From an uncultured Clostridia bacterium (GTDB lineage Bacteria; Bacillota; Clostridia; Christensenellales; CAG-138): a stretch of 64,000 bases of DNA. Below are positions 33,770 to 42,998 of this stretch, in pieces (position 1 is the first letter of the stretch; the number at the start of each line of letters is the position of its first letter). The stretch is from contig CAMVMM010000009.1 in NCBI GenBank assembly GCA_947168565.1, positions 22,292 through 86,291 of the forward strand, read 5' to 3'. The position numbers and the translations under genes were made by a program. The notes beneath the pieces were generated by a model, which worked only from the letters and a program-made list of their open reading frames with translations, did no database searches and was not told where the DNA came from.

Positions 33770-34501
33770 TCAGCTTTTTGAATAGTCAAACGAGGCGATA
33801 AGGCGGAAGGTGAAATTGAATTCCGCCTTTTCGTCATCCTCGGTCTCACAGTAAAAGCGGGCGCTCCCCGCTTTTTTATCGTAGGTTTTGCGGGAATAAT
33901 ACGCGCTTTCAATGGAATCGAGCAGCTTTTTGCCGTCTATGGTCGATATTTTGCAGTCCTCGGAAAGCAGCTCGCAGATGCTCTCAAGATAGGCGCGGAT
34001 GAGTGCGCAGTCGCCCTTTTCGCGCTTCCTGTACTCCGCCCTTATCGCATCGGCGACAGGCTCAGAATAGCTTTCATCAGGCTCGCCAGCGTAGATATAC
34101 GCAAGCTCCAGGGCCGATTCGATCACCCTGCCCAGAGAGTCCGTTTTAAGCTCAAGCAGCGCCTCGCCGCGCCCGTCGGGTAGCCGGAGCGGATAGGCAA
34201 AGGCATTGTCGCCGAGTATACGCACCTCGCCTATCTCGCAGCTCATCCCGCCGCCGCGAAGCGCGTCGATAAAGCGCTTCATGGTTACGCCCTTGGGAAC
34301 TGCGGTGGGAGCGGGCAGGGGAGTGGGGGCTGCGACTGCGGACGACGGAAGCGCGCGGTCGGGCCGCCCGAATATGAGAAAGAGCGCAACGCAAGCACAG
34401 GCAAGCAGGATGCAAACGATCAGCTTTACCCTTTCGCCGCCGGGCTTCATGCCCTTCTTTTTTTGCGCGCCCTTTGCCATAGCTTGAAAAAGGAGCCGCA
34501 C
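33770..34501 (-). CDS. Hypothetical membrane-anchored protein
   Basis: N-terminal TM (LIVCILLACACVALFLIF), a PT-rich linker and a ~170-aa extracytoplasmic domain without recognisable motifs. The start is uncertain (several Met in the first 18 codons). Confidence 0.45.
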   Translation of the reverse strand: MRLLFQAMAKGAQKKKGMKPGGERVKLIVCILLACACVALFLIFGRPDRALPSSAVAAPTPLPAPTAVPKGVTMKRFIDALRGGGMSCEIGEVRILGDNAFAYPLRLPDGRGEALLELKTDSLGRVIESALELAYIYAGEPDESYSEPVADAIRAEYRKREKGDCALIRAYLESICELLSEDCKISTIDGKKLLDSIESAYYSRKTYDKKAGSARFYCETEDDEKAEFNFTFRLIASFDYSKS

Positions 34502-34528
34502 GGCTTCCCGTGCGGCCCGAATACGGTG

Positions 34529-35758
34529 CTAAAATGCGAAATTTCCGTTTCTGAAAACGGGCACGATCTCGCCGTTTTCCTTTATGCCGTCGATGGAAAG
34601 ATCGGCGGTGCCAACCATGAAATCCTCATGCGTGATGCTGGAGTTCAGCCCATGCGCCTTGAGCTGCTCCTTATCCATTTCGGTGCCGCCCTGAATGCAG
34701 GTGGGGTATGCCTCGCCGAAGGCGAAGTGGCAGGAGGCGTTTTCGTCAAAAAGCGTGTTGTAGAAAAGCACGCCGCTGTTGGAAATAGGGGAGTCGAACG
34801 GCACGAGCGCAACCTCGCCAAAGCGGGACGCGCCCTCGTCAAGCGCCAGCTCGTGCTTGAGAAATTCCTCGCCCACCTTCGCATGGGCCTCCACGATCTT
34901 GCCGTCCTTGAGCACGAAATGAAAACCGTCCACGATGTTTCCGCCAAGAACGAGCGGCTTTGAGGCGTACACAACGCCGTTCACGCCGTCCAGCTTCGGC
35001 GCGGTGAACACCTCCTCGGTGGGGATGTTTGCCACAAATTCGATGCCCGACTTGCTGAATTCGGAGCCCGCCTCCCAGATATGGCCAACGGGCAGCTCCA
35101 CCATCAGATCGGTGCCGAGCGAATTCTTATAGTGCAGATACTTGAAGGCGTATTCGTTCAGCTTATGCGCCCTTGCAGAAAGCGTATCGCAATGCTTGCG
35201 CCAGCGCTCCACCGCGCCGCCGTTATCGTCTATGCGGATGGCCTTATAGATCTCATCCCAAAGCTTTTCCATAGCCTCCTCGGTGGAAAGGCCGGGGAAA
35301 ACCTTCTTTGCCCAGGAGGGAACGGGCACGCTTGCCACGCACCACGGGATCTCGCTTGCCATCATCATTGCCTGATACTCCCTGTTTGCCTCGCCCTGCG
35401 CCTTGCCGGCCCTTGCAAGTCGGCTCGGGTCAACGCCCTTGAGGTTTTCGGGGTCGGTGGCGGAGATGGAAAGCCTTGCGCAGCCGCGCTTTGCAAGCTC
35501 CAGATTCTTCTGCACGTCCCAGGGGAAAACCTCGTCGAAGCATTCGTCGGCGGCGTGCAGCCAGTATTCGCGGGCGATAACGTCGTCGCGCCAATTCATA
35601 ATGACCTGCTTCGCGCCAACCTCGTAGGCGGCTTTAACGCACAGGCGCGCAAATTCGGCGCACTCAACGGGCGAATTTATCACCACATACTGCCCTTTTT
35701 GAACGTTCAGCCCTATCTCGATAACGAGATGAGCGTATTCTTCAAGACGATTTATCAT
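34529..35758 (-). CDS. Aminopeptidase, M29 family (AmpS/PepS type), 409 aa
   Basis: MINRLEEYAHLVIEIGLNVQKGQ.. head and M29 conserved blocks (FTAP..GVVY, TLFDENASCHFAFG, HEDFM). ATG 35758 lies behind GGAGG. Confidence 0.85.
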   Translation of the reverse strand: MINRLEEYAHLVIEIGLNVQKGQYVVINSPVECAEFARLCVKAAYEVGAKQVIMNWRDDVIAREYWLHAADECFDEVFPWDVQKNLELAKRGCARLSISATDPENLKGVDPSRLARAGKAQGEANREYQAMMMASEIPWCVASVPVPSWAKKVFPGLSTEEAMEKLWDEIYKAIRIDDNGGAVERWRKHCDTLSARAHKLNEYAFKYLHYKNSLGTDLMVELPVGHIWEAGSEFSKSGIEFVANIPTEEVFTAPKLDGVNGVVYASKPLVLGGNIVDGFHFVLKDGKIVEAHAKVGEEFLKHELALDEGASRFGEVALVPFDSPISNSGVLFYNTLFDENASCHFAFGEAYPTCIQGGTEMDKEQLKAHGLNSSITHEDFMVGTADLSIDGIKENGEIVPVFRNGNFAF

Positions 35759-36012
35759 ATTTCCTCCAAGCTTCAATATTGATTTTTTCTATATTCATTA
35801 TAATACAAGTGCCGTTTTCAGTCAATCCCTTTAAAGCTTTGTGGATGATCGGCACCCCTTTTCGTTTAAAGAATCCATATGTATCAATATATACTTTTGG
35901 CGCGGATCCGCTTTTCCGTTCGGGGCTTGCGCACTTCGTTTATTGATGATATAATACGCTGTAATTCGGGCGGATAATTGTGTTATTCGCCTAAAAAACA
36001 GGACGATTTTCC

Positions 36013-36879
36013 ATGGATACTGTTTTCTATGATAATCCGGAGCTTCCAATCTATATAAAAACGGAGAGCGTTCGGGAGCGCAGCACTCACAGCGAGATCT
36101 CTCATTATCACGACAGCATCGAGCTGATTTTGATAAACAACGGCAGGGTGCTCTGCCAAACGGATGCGGACGCGTTTGAGCTGCATTCCGGGGACGTTTG
36201 CTTCATCAACCGCAAGCACATGCATTCGCTGCGCCCGCTTGGGGGGCATGAATGCTGCCACAAGGTGCTTATAGTGGGCATGAGCCTGCTTTCTGCGAAT
36301 GCGCCGCTTTATGAGCGCTTCGTGCGCCCGATGCTCGATGACGGCAGGTTCTCCCACGTGCGCTTTGCAGGCAGCGCTTCTCCTTCTGCGGAGATAGCTC
36401 TGGCAATTCAGAATATGGAGCAGCTTCTTTCAAGCAGGGAGGACGGTTACGAGCTCGAGCTGATGGCCCAGCTTCTGCGGCTCATTCGCCAGCTCTATCT
36501 TGCGTACACGGGGGCCGCCGCGCTTCCCACTGCGGACGGAAACGCAGCCGTTCAGCAGCGCATGGCGGAATTCATCTATAAGAATTATCCGGAGCAGATA
36601 ACGCTTGATGATATTGCCGCCGCCGGCAGCGTGAGCAGAAGCCAATGCACCAAGCTTTTCAACACCTACACGCGGCTTTCGCCGGTTGCGTTTTTGAACC
36701 ATCACAGGCTTGAGGTGAGCCTTGAGCTGCTGCGGCGCACAAGAGCGAGCGTGGCTCAGATCGCCCAAAGCTGCGGCTTTTCGGATCAAAGCTATTTCAG
36801 CAGGCTGTTTCAGCGGCGCTACGGCTGCACGCCGCTTTCATACAGAAAGAGCGGGCTGAAGGGCGCGGTTACGGAATAA
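36013..36879 (+). CDS. AraC-family transcriptional regulator with an N-terminal cupin sensor
   Basis: Cupin-like head (HYHDSIELILINNG) and a C-terminal double HTH (ITLDDIAAAGSVSRSQCTKLF...IAQSCGFSDQSYFSRLFQRRYGCTP). Confidence 0.85.
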   Translation: MDTVFYDNPELPIYIKTESVRERSTHSEISHYHDSIELILINNGRVLCQTDADAFELHSGDVCFINRKHMHSLRPLGGHECCHKVLIVGMSLLSANAPLYERFVRPMLDDGRFSHVRFAGSASPSAEIALAIQNMEQLLSSREDGYELELMAQLLRLIRQLYLAYTGAAALPTADGNAAVQQRMAEFIYKNYPEQITLDDIAAAGSVSRSQCTKLFNTYTRLSPVAFLNHHRLEVSLELLRRTRASVAQIAQSCGFSDQSYFSRLFQRRYGCTPLSYRKSGLKGAVTE

Positions 36880-36984
36880 TGCAAAATAGATTTTGCTAAA
36901 GCATTCAAAAAGTATTCACAAACCGAAAATAAAGTTGTATAATAGCGGTAACGAACAAAATGCTTGCTAAAGGAGACCTATATA

Positions 36985-37488
36985 ATGAAATACACTTCAG
37001 CGGAAGCCGCAAAGCTTCTCAGAGCGCTCAACGAGCAGCACGATATGCTTCTGAGCAGGGAATCGCAGAGCAGCACCTTCGTGGCGGCGCTTTCCGAGGA
37101 TATTGAATCCGTGCGCCCCGAATACGACTACGAAAAAACCAAGGCTCAGCTTGCGGATATCGAGCGCAGGATCCGCATGGTGAAGCACGCGATAAACGTA
37201 TTCAACACCACGCACACCGTTCCCGGCTTCGATATGACGATCGACGAGGCGCTCGTCTATATGCCGCAGCTCTCCGCAAGGAAGAGCAGGCTTGCCGATA
37301 TGGCGTCCGAGCTTCCGAAGAAGCGCGAGCGCGGGGGAGCGCAGTCCAATATCATCGACTATCGGTACACGAACTACGAGCCCTCCGCGGCGGAAGCCGA
37401 TATGCTGGAGCTGGGCGACCGCCTTGCGAAGCTCCAAAACGCGCTTGATAAGGTAAACACCACCGAGAAGATGGATATCGACGTCTGA
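36985..37488 (+). CDS. Hypothetical coiled-coil protein (167 aa)
   Basis: ATG 36985 lies behind AAAGGAG. Predicted helical, with no motif recognised. Confidence 0.5.
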   Translation: MKYTSAEAAKLLRALNEQHDMLLSRESQSSTFVAALSEDIESVRPEYDYEKTKAQLADIERRIRMVKHAINVFNTTHTVPGFDMTIDEALVYMPQLSARKSRLADMASELPKKRERGGAQSNIIDYRYTNYEPSAAEADMLELGDRLAKLQNALDKVNTTEKMDIDV

Positions 37489-37772
37489 CGCGCTCTGCGT
37501 TTGCGGGCCGAATTCAAATGCGTCCGGCAAAAGGACGCACCCTGATTGGAAAAACACGGCGCAGCCGTTTTCCGTCACGCCCTCTTTCCGATCTCCGGAT
37601 CGGAAAACTCTGCATGATCTTTTTCGTTAATTGTTTAATGTTTACGTTGTCCCTTATTCCTTTTTGTTATTGCTTATTCAACAAGGTTCAAGGTCAGGAT
37701 CAGCATGCCATTCGGCACTTTTTTCGGGCGTTGTAAAAGCTTTGCATGCGGAAGCTCGGTTTCAAGCATGCG

Positions 37773-37806
37773 ATCGGCAGGGCCATTCGGCCCTGCCGAT
37801 TTTTTA
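37773..37806 (+). terminator. Strong plus-strand rho-independent terminator with no obvious gene in front of it
   Basis: ATCGGCAGGGCC attc GGCCCTGCCGAT, a 12-bp perfect stem followed by TTTTT. Confidence 0.7.
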
Positions 37807-37859
37807 TACGGCTCAGCTTGTTTTTAAGCCGCAGTGCGCCGCCCATACAGGCCTGCTGC

Positions 37860-39305
37860 TTACTCGTCCTCTCCGGAATCGAGCGCGAATGTGCCAACGG
37901 GGTCGATGCCCAGTATCTCATGGCGCTCGGAGCTTTCGTCCGGCAGCTCCTCCACCTTGTTCAGCGCGCGAAGTATCTGCTTGGTGCGAATGCCCACAAG
38001 CTTATCAAGATCGCTGTTTGCCTTATCAAGCGCCTTTCTGGTGGCGGCAAGCACGTCGTCGAAGGCTTTAAACTCCTTTTTGATGCGCGCAAGAATATCC
38101 CAAACCTCGCTTGAGCGCTTTTGAATCGCAAGCGTGCGGAAGCCCATCTGAAGGCTGTTCAAAAGCGCCGCCATGGTGGAGGGGCCGGCAAGGTTTATCC
38201 TATACTTGCCCTGAAGCTGCTCTATCATGCCAAGGCGCACCGCTTCCGCGTACAGCCCCTCGGTTGGAAGAAACATCACGGCGAAATTGGTGGTGCGCGG
38301 CGGGTTGACGTATTTATCATGTATATCCCTGCCGAATTTCAATATGGAATCGCGCAGCGCCTTCTTCGCCTCGTCCACAAGCGCAGCGTCCCCTGAATCA
38401 TAGGAATCGCACAGCCTTATATACATATCTGCGGGAAACTTGCTGTCAATGGGCAGATACACGGGCTCGTTTCCGTCGTTCGGCAGCTTCACGGCGAATT
38501 CAACGCGCTCGTTTCCGCCCTTGCCCGCGTCGAAATTCAGAATATACTGCTCCGGCGTAAGTATCTCCTCAAGTATCGCCTTCAGCTGTATCTCGCCCAG
38601 AGTGCCGCGCGTTTTAACGTTTGAAAGCACCTTTTTCAGATCGCCAACGCCGCTTGCGATGGTCTGCATCTCGCCAAGCCCCCTGTAAACCTCCGCAAGC
38701 CGCTCCTCGACCCGCTTGAAGCTCTCGCCAAGGCGCTCGTTCAGCGTTTGCTGCAGCTTTTCGTTCACAACGCCGCGTATCGCGTCGAGCTGCGCCGCGT
38801 TTGTTTCGCGCATTGTTTTGATCGTTGCATCCATGGTGCGAAGCTGCTCCAGCATGCTGCTCTCAAAGCTCTTGAAGCGCTGCTCCGAGCGCGTGCCTTC
38901 GCTCTGCAGGGCTTTGCTCATGCCGTCCATTCCTTCGCCAACGGTCCTTTGCAGGCTGTTTTGCCGTTCGGCAAGCTGCTTTTCCATGGATTCCTGCTTA
39001 TAGGTCAGCCCGTCGTTCAGCGCGTCCGAGCTTTGCTCCATCAGCTTCAGCACCGAGTCCATCCGCACCGAAATGCTTTCGCCAAGAGAGGAGCGAAGCT
39101 GCTCGATATCCCTTGCGCTTTCGCCGGTGGCGGCCTCAAGCTTGATGGAAAGCCGCCGCTCCGATTCGGAGAGGGCGCTTTTTATTGCGTCGTCGCTCAC
39201 GCCGCCGCTCCCGCGCTTCAAAAGCAGATAGATGAGCATCGAAACGGAGCATAAAAGCGATATTGACGCGAGCACGGTCAGAATAATGAATTGATACCTT
39301 TCCAT
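37860..39305 (-). CDS. rmuC: DNA recombination protein RmuC (481 aa)
   Basis: N-terminal TM, long coiled-coil and an RmuC nuclease-like core (VEFAVKLPN...LPIDSKFP...FAVMFLPTEGLYAE). ATG 39305 lies behind GGAGG. Confidence 0.85.
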   Translation of the reverse strand: MERYQFIILTVLASISLLCSVSMLIYLLLKRGSGGVSDDAIKSALSESERRLSIKLEAATGESARDIEQLRSSLGESISVRMDSVLKLMEQSSDALNDGLTYKQESMEKQLAERQNSLQRTVGEGMDGMSKALQSEGTRSEQRFKSFESSMLEQLRTMDATIKTMRETNAAQLDAIRGVVNEKLQQTLNERLGESFKRVEERLAEVYRGLGEMQTIASGVGDLKKVLSNVKTRGTLGEIQLKAILEEILTPEQYILNFDAGKGGNERVEFAVKLPNDGNEPVYLPIDSKFPADMYIRLCDSYDSGDAALVDEAKKALRDSILKFGRDIHDKYVNPPRTTNFAVMFLPTEGLYAEAVRLGMIEQLQGKYRINLAGPSTMAALLNSLQMGFRTLAIQKRSSEVWDILARIKKEFKAFDDVLAATRKALDKANSDLDKLVGIRTKQILRALNKVEELPDESSERHEILGIDPVGTFALDSGEDE

Positions 39306-39347
39306 ATATGTCACCTCCAAATCAGGCTATACGGTATTGCATGGTGC

Positions 39348-39374
39348 AAAAAAGCCGCACGAAGCGGCAATTTT
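39348..39374 (-). terminator. Terminator after the surface-protein gene
   Basis: GCCGC / GCGGC stem flanked by an A6 run and a T4 run (minus strand: hairpin then TTTTTT). Confidence 0.5.
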
Positions 39375-39422
39375 GACAGGATTTAATGATAACGATCTAC
39401 ATTGCTGAGCATTCTCGTTTGA

Positions 39423-41261
39423 TCAGCTTTGCTTATTCTGCTCAAGCTGCGCCTTTTTCCTGCGGTAGAGATAGTATTCCACGGCGGCAAGGATGAGTAT
39501 TATCACAAGCATGATTATGAATATTATGCGAAGCACCTTCCAAAGCTCGGAAAGCTCCCGGCCCCGTTCGCTGATCTGCTTGTCAAGGTCGAGATCCACG
39601 ATGGTGGTGCCGCTTTCACCTCCGGATGAGGGGGTCACGTTAGGGATTGCGGGATCCACGTCGATGTTTTCCGCATTGATATGGGCATCGAAGGTATGCA
39701 CGTTTCCGGAGGGATCGAGCGCGGTGAGCAGGAACACAAGCTCCCTCGGCTCGTCTATCTTCAGATCCACGTTAAATGAAACCGGTTCGCCCGATACGGG
39801 AAGCTCGCTGATCTCGTGAATGGTGTACCCAAGCTGCTCCTCGCTCAGGGCCACGCTCGTGTAGGGGAGCCTGCCCGTGTTTTCAACGGTGAAGGTGAGC
39901 CCGATATTATTCTGCGAATCGAGCTGCCTGCGCACCTCCGCGCGGAACTTGAGCCCAAGCAGCGCGGGGTTTATGTACGGGCGGATGGTGTAGCTCTCGG
40001 TGTTGTCGGTAAATTCCTTGCCCTCGTCGTACGTGCCCGTGATATAGAACACAACGTTTCGCACCGTTTCGGGGTTGGGCACGTAATGCTCGATGATCCG
40101 GCTTTCACCGATAGCAAGGCTGAAGCCGGAGGCGAGCAGACTGCCAAGGTCGTCCTTCACGGAAAGATTGCTCAGGTTCTGGCTGCCGTTATTCGTCATA
40201 AACAGGGTGAAGGTCACGCCCTCGGGGGTTTGGGAACCTATATTCACGCTCTTTGTGACCTGCGCGTTGATAAGGCCGATGGTCATTTTGGATACCGTGA
40301 CGGAAAGCTGATTGGAGCTGCCCTCGGGAATAAAGGTGACCACTGGCTTGGACACGACGCTTGCGCCCTTCATGGTGTAGGTGTATTCGATTTCGCGCCT
40401 TTCGCCCGAGCCGAGCGAGAAGGGCTCCGCGATCAGGGTGGTGCCGGCGATCTTATCGTCCACAAGGCGGATATCGTTCAGCCTTCTTGCGCCGGTGTTC
40501 ACAAGGGAATAGGTGAACACGACCTCATCGCCCATAGCGGCGCCGGTAACACTCGCAGTTCTTGAAAGGCGCAGATACGCGGTATCGGAGCGCTGGATAA
40601 CGAGCGAAAGATTCTGGCTGAAGGTCATGTCCGCAGCGGTATCGTACCACGAGATGACGAAGGTGAGCGTTTGCCCGATCATGGAATCATATACCATCAT
40701 GGAGGCGCGGAACACACCTACGCTTCCGGGCGCCACCTCGCTCGTTTGAAACGCCGCGCCATAGGAATTGGATACCGAAACATGGGTATACCTGCCGTAC
40801 TGAGGCTGAGGCGGGGCGGTGACCACGGGGGGAGCGGTGTTGATCGGAGTTTGGGTGGGTTCGGCGGTAATGATAGGCTCGATAGTGGGCGCTTCGGTTA
40901 TTACAGGCTCCGGAGTAAACATCGGCGGAAGGGTGCTGATGGGGGGGAGCAGCATGGGCGAAGCGGAAAGCGGGCGAACCGTGCCGCCGATTCCCGCGCC
41001 TGTTCGGGCGGTTGGGCTGTTCGTGTTGCGAAGCTTTATGGTAACGGTAACGTAGGCGGGAGCGGACAGCCTGGAGGGATCGGATTCAATGGTGGCAACG
41101 CCGCTTTGAGCCGAGGCGAGGGTCATGCTCTGCGCCGATGCCGAAATCGCAGCATCATCGGGCGCGCCAAAAGCGCCCGCGGCGTTAGCAAAAGCCGGAA
41201 CTGCCGAAATGATGATCATAAGTAAAGCGATGATCGCGGAAAACGCATGCTTTTTTCTCAA
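39423..41261 (-). CDS. Cell-envelope protein with DUF11/CARDB-like repeat domains, a signal peptide and a C-terminal TM anchor (612 aa)
   Basis: Probable TTG start at 41261 behind AAGGAG, giving the signal peptide LRKKHAFSAIIALLMIIISAVPAFANA. Recurrent beta-sandwich signatures (TYSLVNTGARRLNDIRLVDD, TLFMTNNGSQNLSNLSVKDD, TFTVENTGRLPYTSVALSEE). C-terminal TM IIFIIMLVIILILAAV, and no LPXTG. Confidence 0.6.
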   Translation of the reverse strand: MRKKHAFSAIIALLMIIISAVPAFANAAGAFGAPDDAAISASAQSMTLASAQSGVATIESDPSRLSAPAYVTVTIKLRNTNSPTARTGAGIGGTVRPLSASPMLLPPISTLPPMFTPEPVITEAPTIEPIITAEPTQTPINTAPPVVTAPPQPQYGRYTHVSVSNSYGAAFQTSEVAPGSVGVFRASMMVYDSMIGQTLTFVISWYDTAADMTFSQNLSLVIQRSDTAYLRLSRTASVTGAAMGDEVVFTYSLVNTGARRLNDIRLVDDKIAGTTLIAEPFSLGSGERREIEYTYTMKGASVVSKPVVTFIPEGSSNQLSVTVSKMTIGLINAQVTKSVNIGSQTPEGVTFTLFMTNNGSQNLSNLSVKDDLGSLLASGFSLAIGESRIIEHYVPNPETVRNVVFYITGTYDEGKEFTDNTESYTIRPYINPALLGLKFRAEVRRQLDSQNNIGLTFTVENTGRLPYTSVALSEEQLGYTIHEISELPVSGEPVSFNVDLKIDEPRELVFLLTALDPSGNVHTFDAHINAENIDVDPAIPNVTPSSGGESGTTIVDLDLDKQISERGRELSELWKVLRIIFIIMLVIILILAAVEYYLYRRKKAQLEQNKQS

Positions 41262-41510
41262 TTTAATACTCCTTTTCGCTTCAAGCTCGATAAACTGCGG
41301 TAAACGCTTCACGCGGATGCGAGAAAGCCTGCCGCATGATCGCAATAATATCCACGATGAATTATACACCATTATTTGCGCTTTATCAAGTGCTTTATGT
41401 TTATATAGTTGCCATATTCGCTCCGGGCCCTGCGTTTTGCAATGCTGCGGGATGCGGCTCTCCGGGCATTTTATATTTTGTTTTTCCGCCCCGTTTTCAT
41501 TAAACCCGTA

Positions 41511-41539
41511 TTGAAAGCGCAGTTGTTTTGTTTTATAAT
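41511..41539 (+). promoter_or_regulatory. Consensus-like sigma-A promoter of glyA
   Basis: TTGAAA, a 17-nt spacer, then TATAAT, 35 nt before ATG 41575. Confidence 0.6.
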
Positions 41540-41574
41540 TGCTCTATACCAATTTTAACTATGGAGGAATCCAA

Positions 41575-42819
41575 ATGATCCAGTTTGATCTCATCCGTAA
41601 GAACGATCCCGAGCTTTGCGGCTATATGGAGGAGGAGCTTGCCCGTCAGCGCAGCCACCTTGAGCTCATCGCTTCGGAAAACTTCGTCAGCGAAACCGTT
41701 ATGGCGGCCATGGGCAGCCATCTTACCAATAAGTACGCCGAGGGTTATCCCGCAAAGCGCTACTACGGCGGCTGCGAATGCGTGGATAAGGTCGAGAACC
41801 TTGCCCGCGATCGCGCAAAGCAGCTTTTCGGCGCGGATCATGCAAACGTTCAGCCCCACTCCGGTGCGCAGGCAAACCTTGCCGTTTACTTCGCGCTGCT
41901 TGAGCCCGGCGACACCATTCTTGGCATGAACCTCTCCCACGGCGGCCATCTCACCCACGGCAGCCCCGTGAACATGAGCGGCAAATATTTCAACGTGGTT
42001 CCCTACGGCGTGAGTGACGAGGACGAGCAGATCGATTACGACGAGCTTCGCAGGATCGCGCTTGAATGCAAGCCCAAGCTCATCGTTGCGGGCGCAAGCG
42101 CATATCCCCGCGCCATCCGCTTCGACCTCATCAGCGAGATCGCAAAGGAAGTTGGCGCCATCTTCATGGTGGATATGGCTCATATCGCAGGTCTTGTGGC
42201 GGCGGGCCTTCACATGAACCCCGTGCCCTATGCGGACGTAGTTACCTCCACCACCCATAAGACCCTTCGCGGCCCCCGCGGCGGTCTGATCCTCTGCAAG
42301 GAGGAATACGCCAAGGCTATCGATAAGGGCATTTTCCCCGGCACTCAGGGCGGCCCCCTCATGCACACCATCGCGGCAAAGGCTGCCTGCTTCTATGAGG
42401 CGCTTCAGCCCGAATTCAAGGAGTATCAGCAGCAGGTCGTGAAGAACGCCGCAGTGCTTGCGGAGGAGCTTCAGAAGGCCGGTCTGCGCATCGTTTCCGG
42501 CGGCACCGACAACCATCTCATGCTCGTTGACCTGAACGCCAGCGGCAAGAGCGGCAAGGAGGTTGAGCAGCTGCTCGACGCCGCGAATATCACCGTAAAC
42601 AAAAACACCATCCCCAAGGAGACCCGCAGCCCCTTCGTTACCAGCGGTATCCGTATCGGCACGCCCGCTCTCACGAGCCGCGGCTTCAAGGAGGAGGATA
42701 TGGTCGTTATCGCCGGCCTCATCGCCAAGATCGTTTTCGAGGGTGAGGCCGCTATAGAATACGTAAAGGGCGAGGTAGCCAAGCTTACCGAAAAGTACCC
42801 GCTCTATCCCGGCAACTGA
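41575..42819 (+). CDS. glyA: Serine hydroxymethyltransferase (414 aa)
   Basis: [21 protein letters not shown] and the PLP site [18 protein letters not shown] 41575 lies behind GGAGG. Confidence 0.95.
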   Translation: MIQFDLIRKNDPELCGYMEEELARQRSHLELIASENFVSETVMAAMGSHLTNKYAEGYPAKRYYGGCECVDKVENLARDRAKQLFGADHANVQPHSGAQANLAVYFALLEPGDTILGMNLSHGGHLTHGSPVNMSGKYFNVVPYGVSDEDEQIDYDELRRIALECKPKLIVAGASAYPRAIRFDLISEIAKEVGAIFMVDMAHIAGLVAAGLHMNPVPYADVVTSTTHKTLRGPRGGLILCKEEYAKAIDKGIFPGTQGGPLMHTIAAKAACFYEALQPEFKEYQQQVVKNAAVLAEELQKAGLRIVSGGTDNHLMLVDLNASGKSGKEVEQLLDAANITVNKNTIPKETRSPFVTSGIRIGTPALTSRGFKEEDMVVIAGLIAKIVFEGEAAIEYVKGEVAKLTEKYPLYPGN

Positions 42820-42843
42820 TCCAATACGGCATTTCGTCAATTC

Positions 42844-42875
42844 GGGCGGCACCGCACGCGGTGCCGCCCCTTTTA
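42844..42875 (+). terminator. Rho-independent terminator after glyA
   Basis: GGGCGGCAC cgcacgcg GTGCCGCCC followed by CTTTTAT. Confidence 0.8.
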
Positions 42876-42998
42876 TATTCCGCTGCGTTCCGTCTTGATA
42901 TGCGTCGTACCAAAACAAAAAAACGGCTTCCGCACAGCGAAAACCGTTTAAGAGCAAAGCTTCGTAAGAGCAAAGCTGCGCAAGAGCAGAGCTTCGGA

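Noticed and set aside
41373-41574. Riboswitch (ZTP/THF/glycine type) in front of glyA
   Set aside because: The consensus promoter sits only about 35 nt from the start codon, which leaves no room for an aptamer. No conserved riboswitch core sequence is visible.
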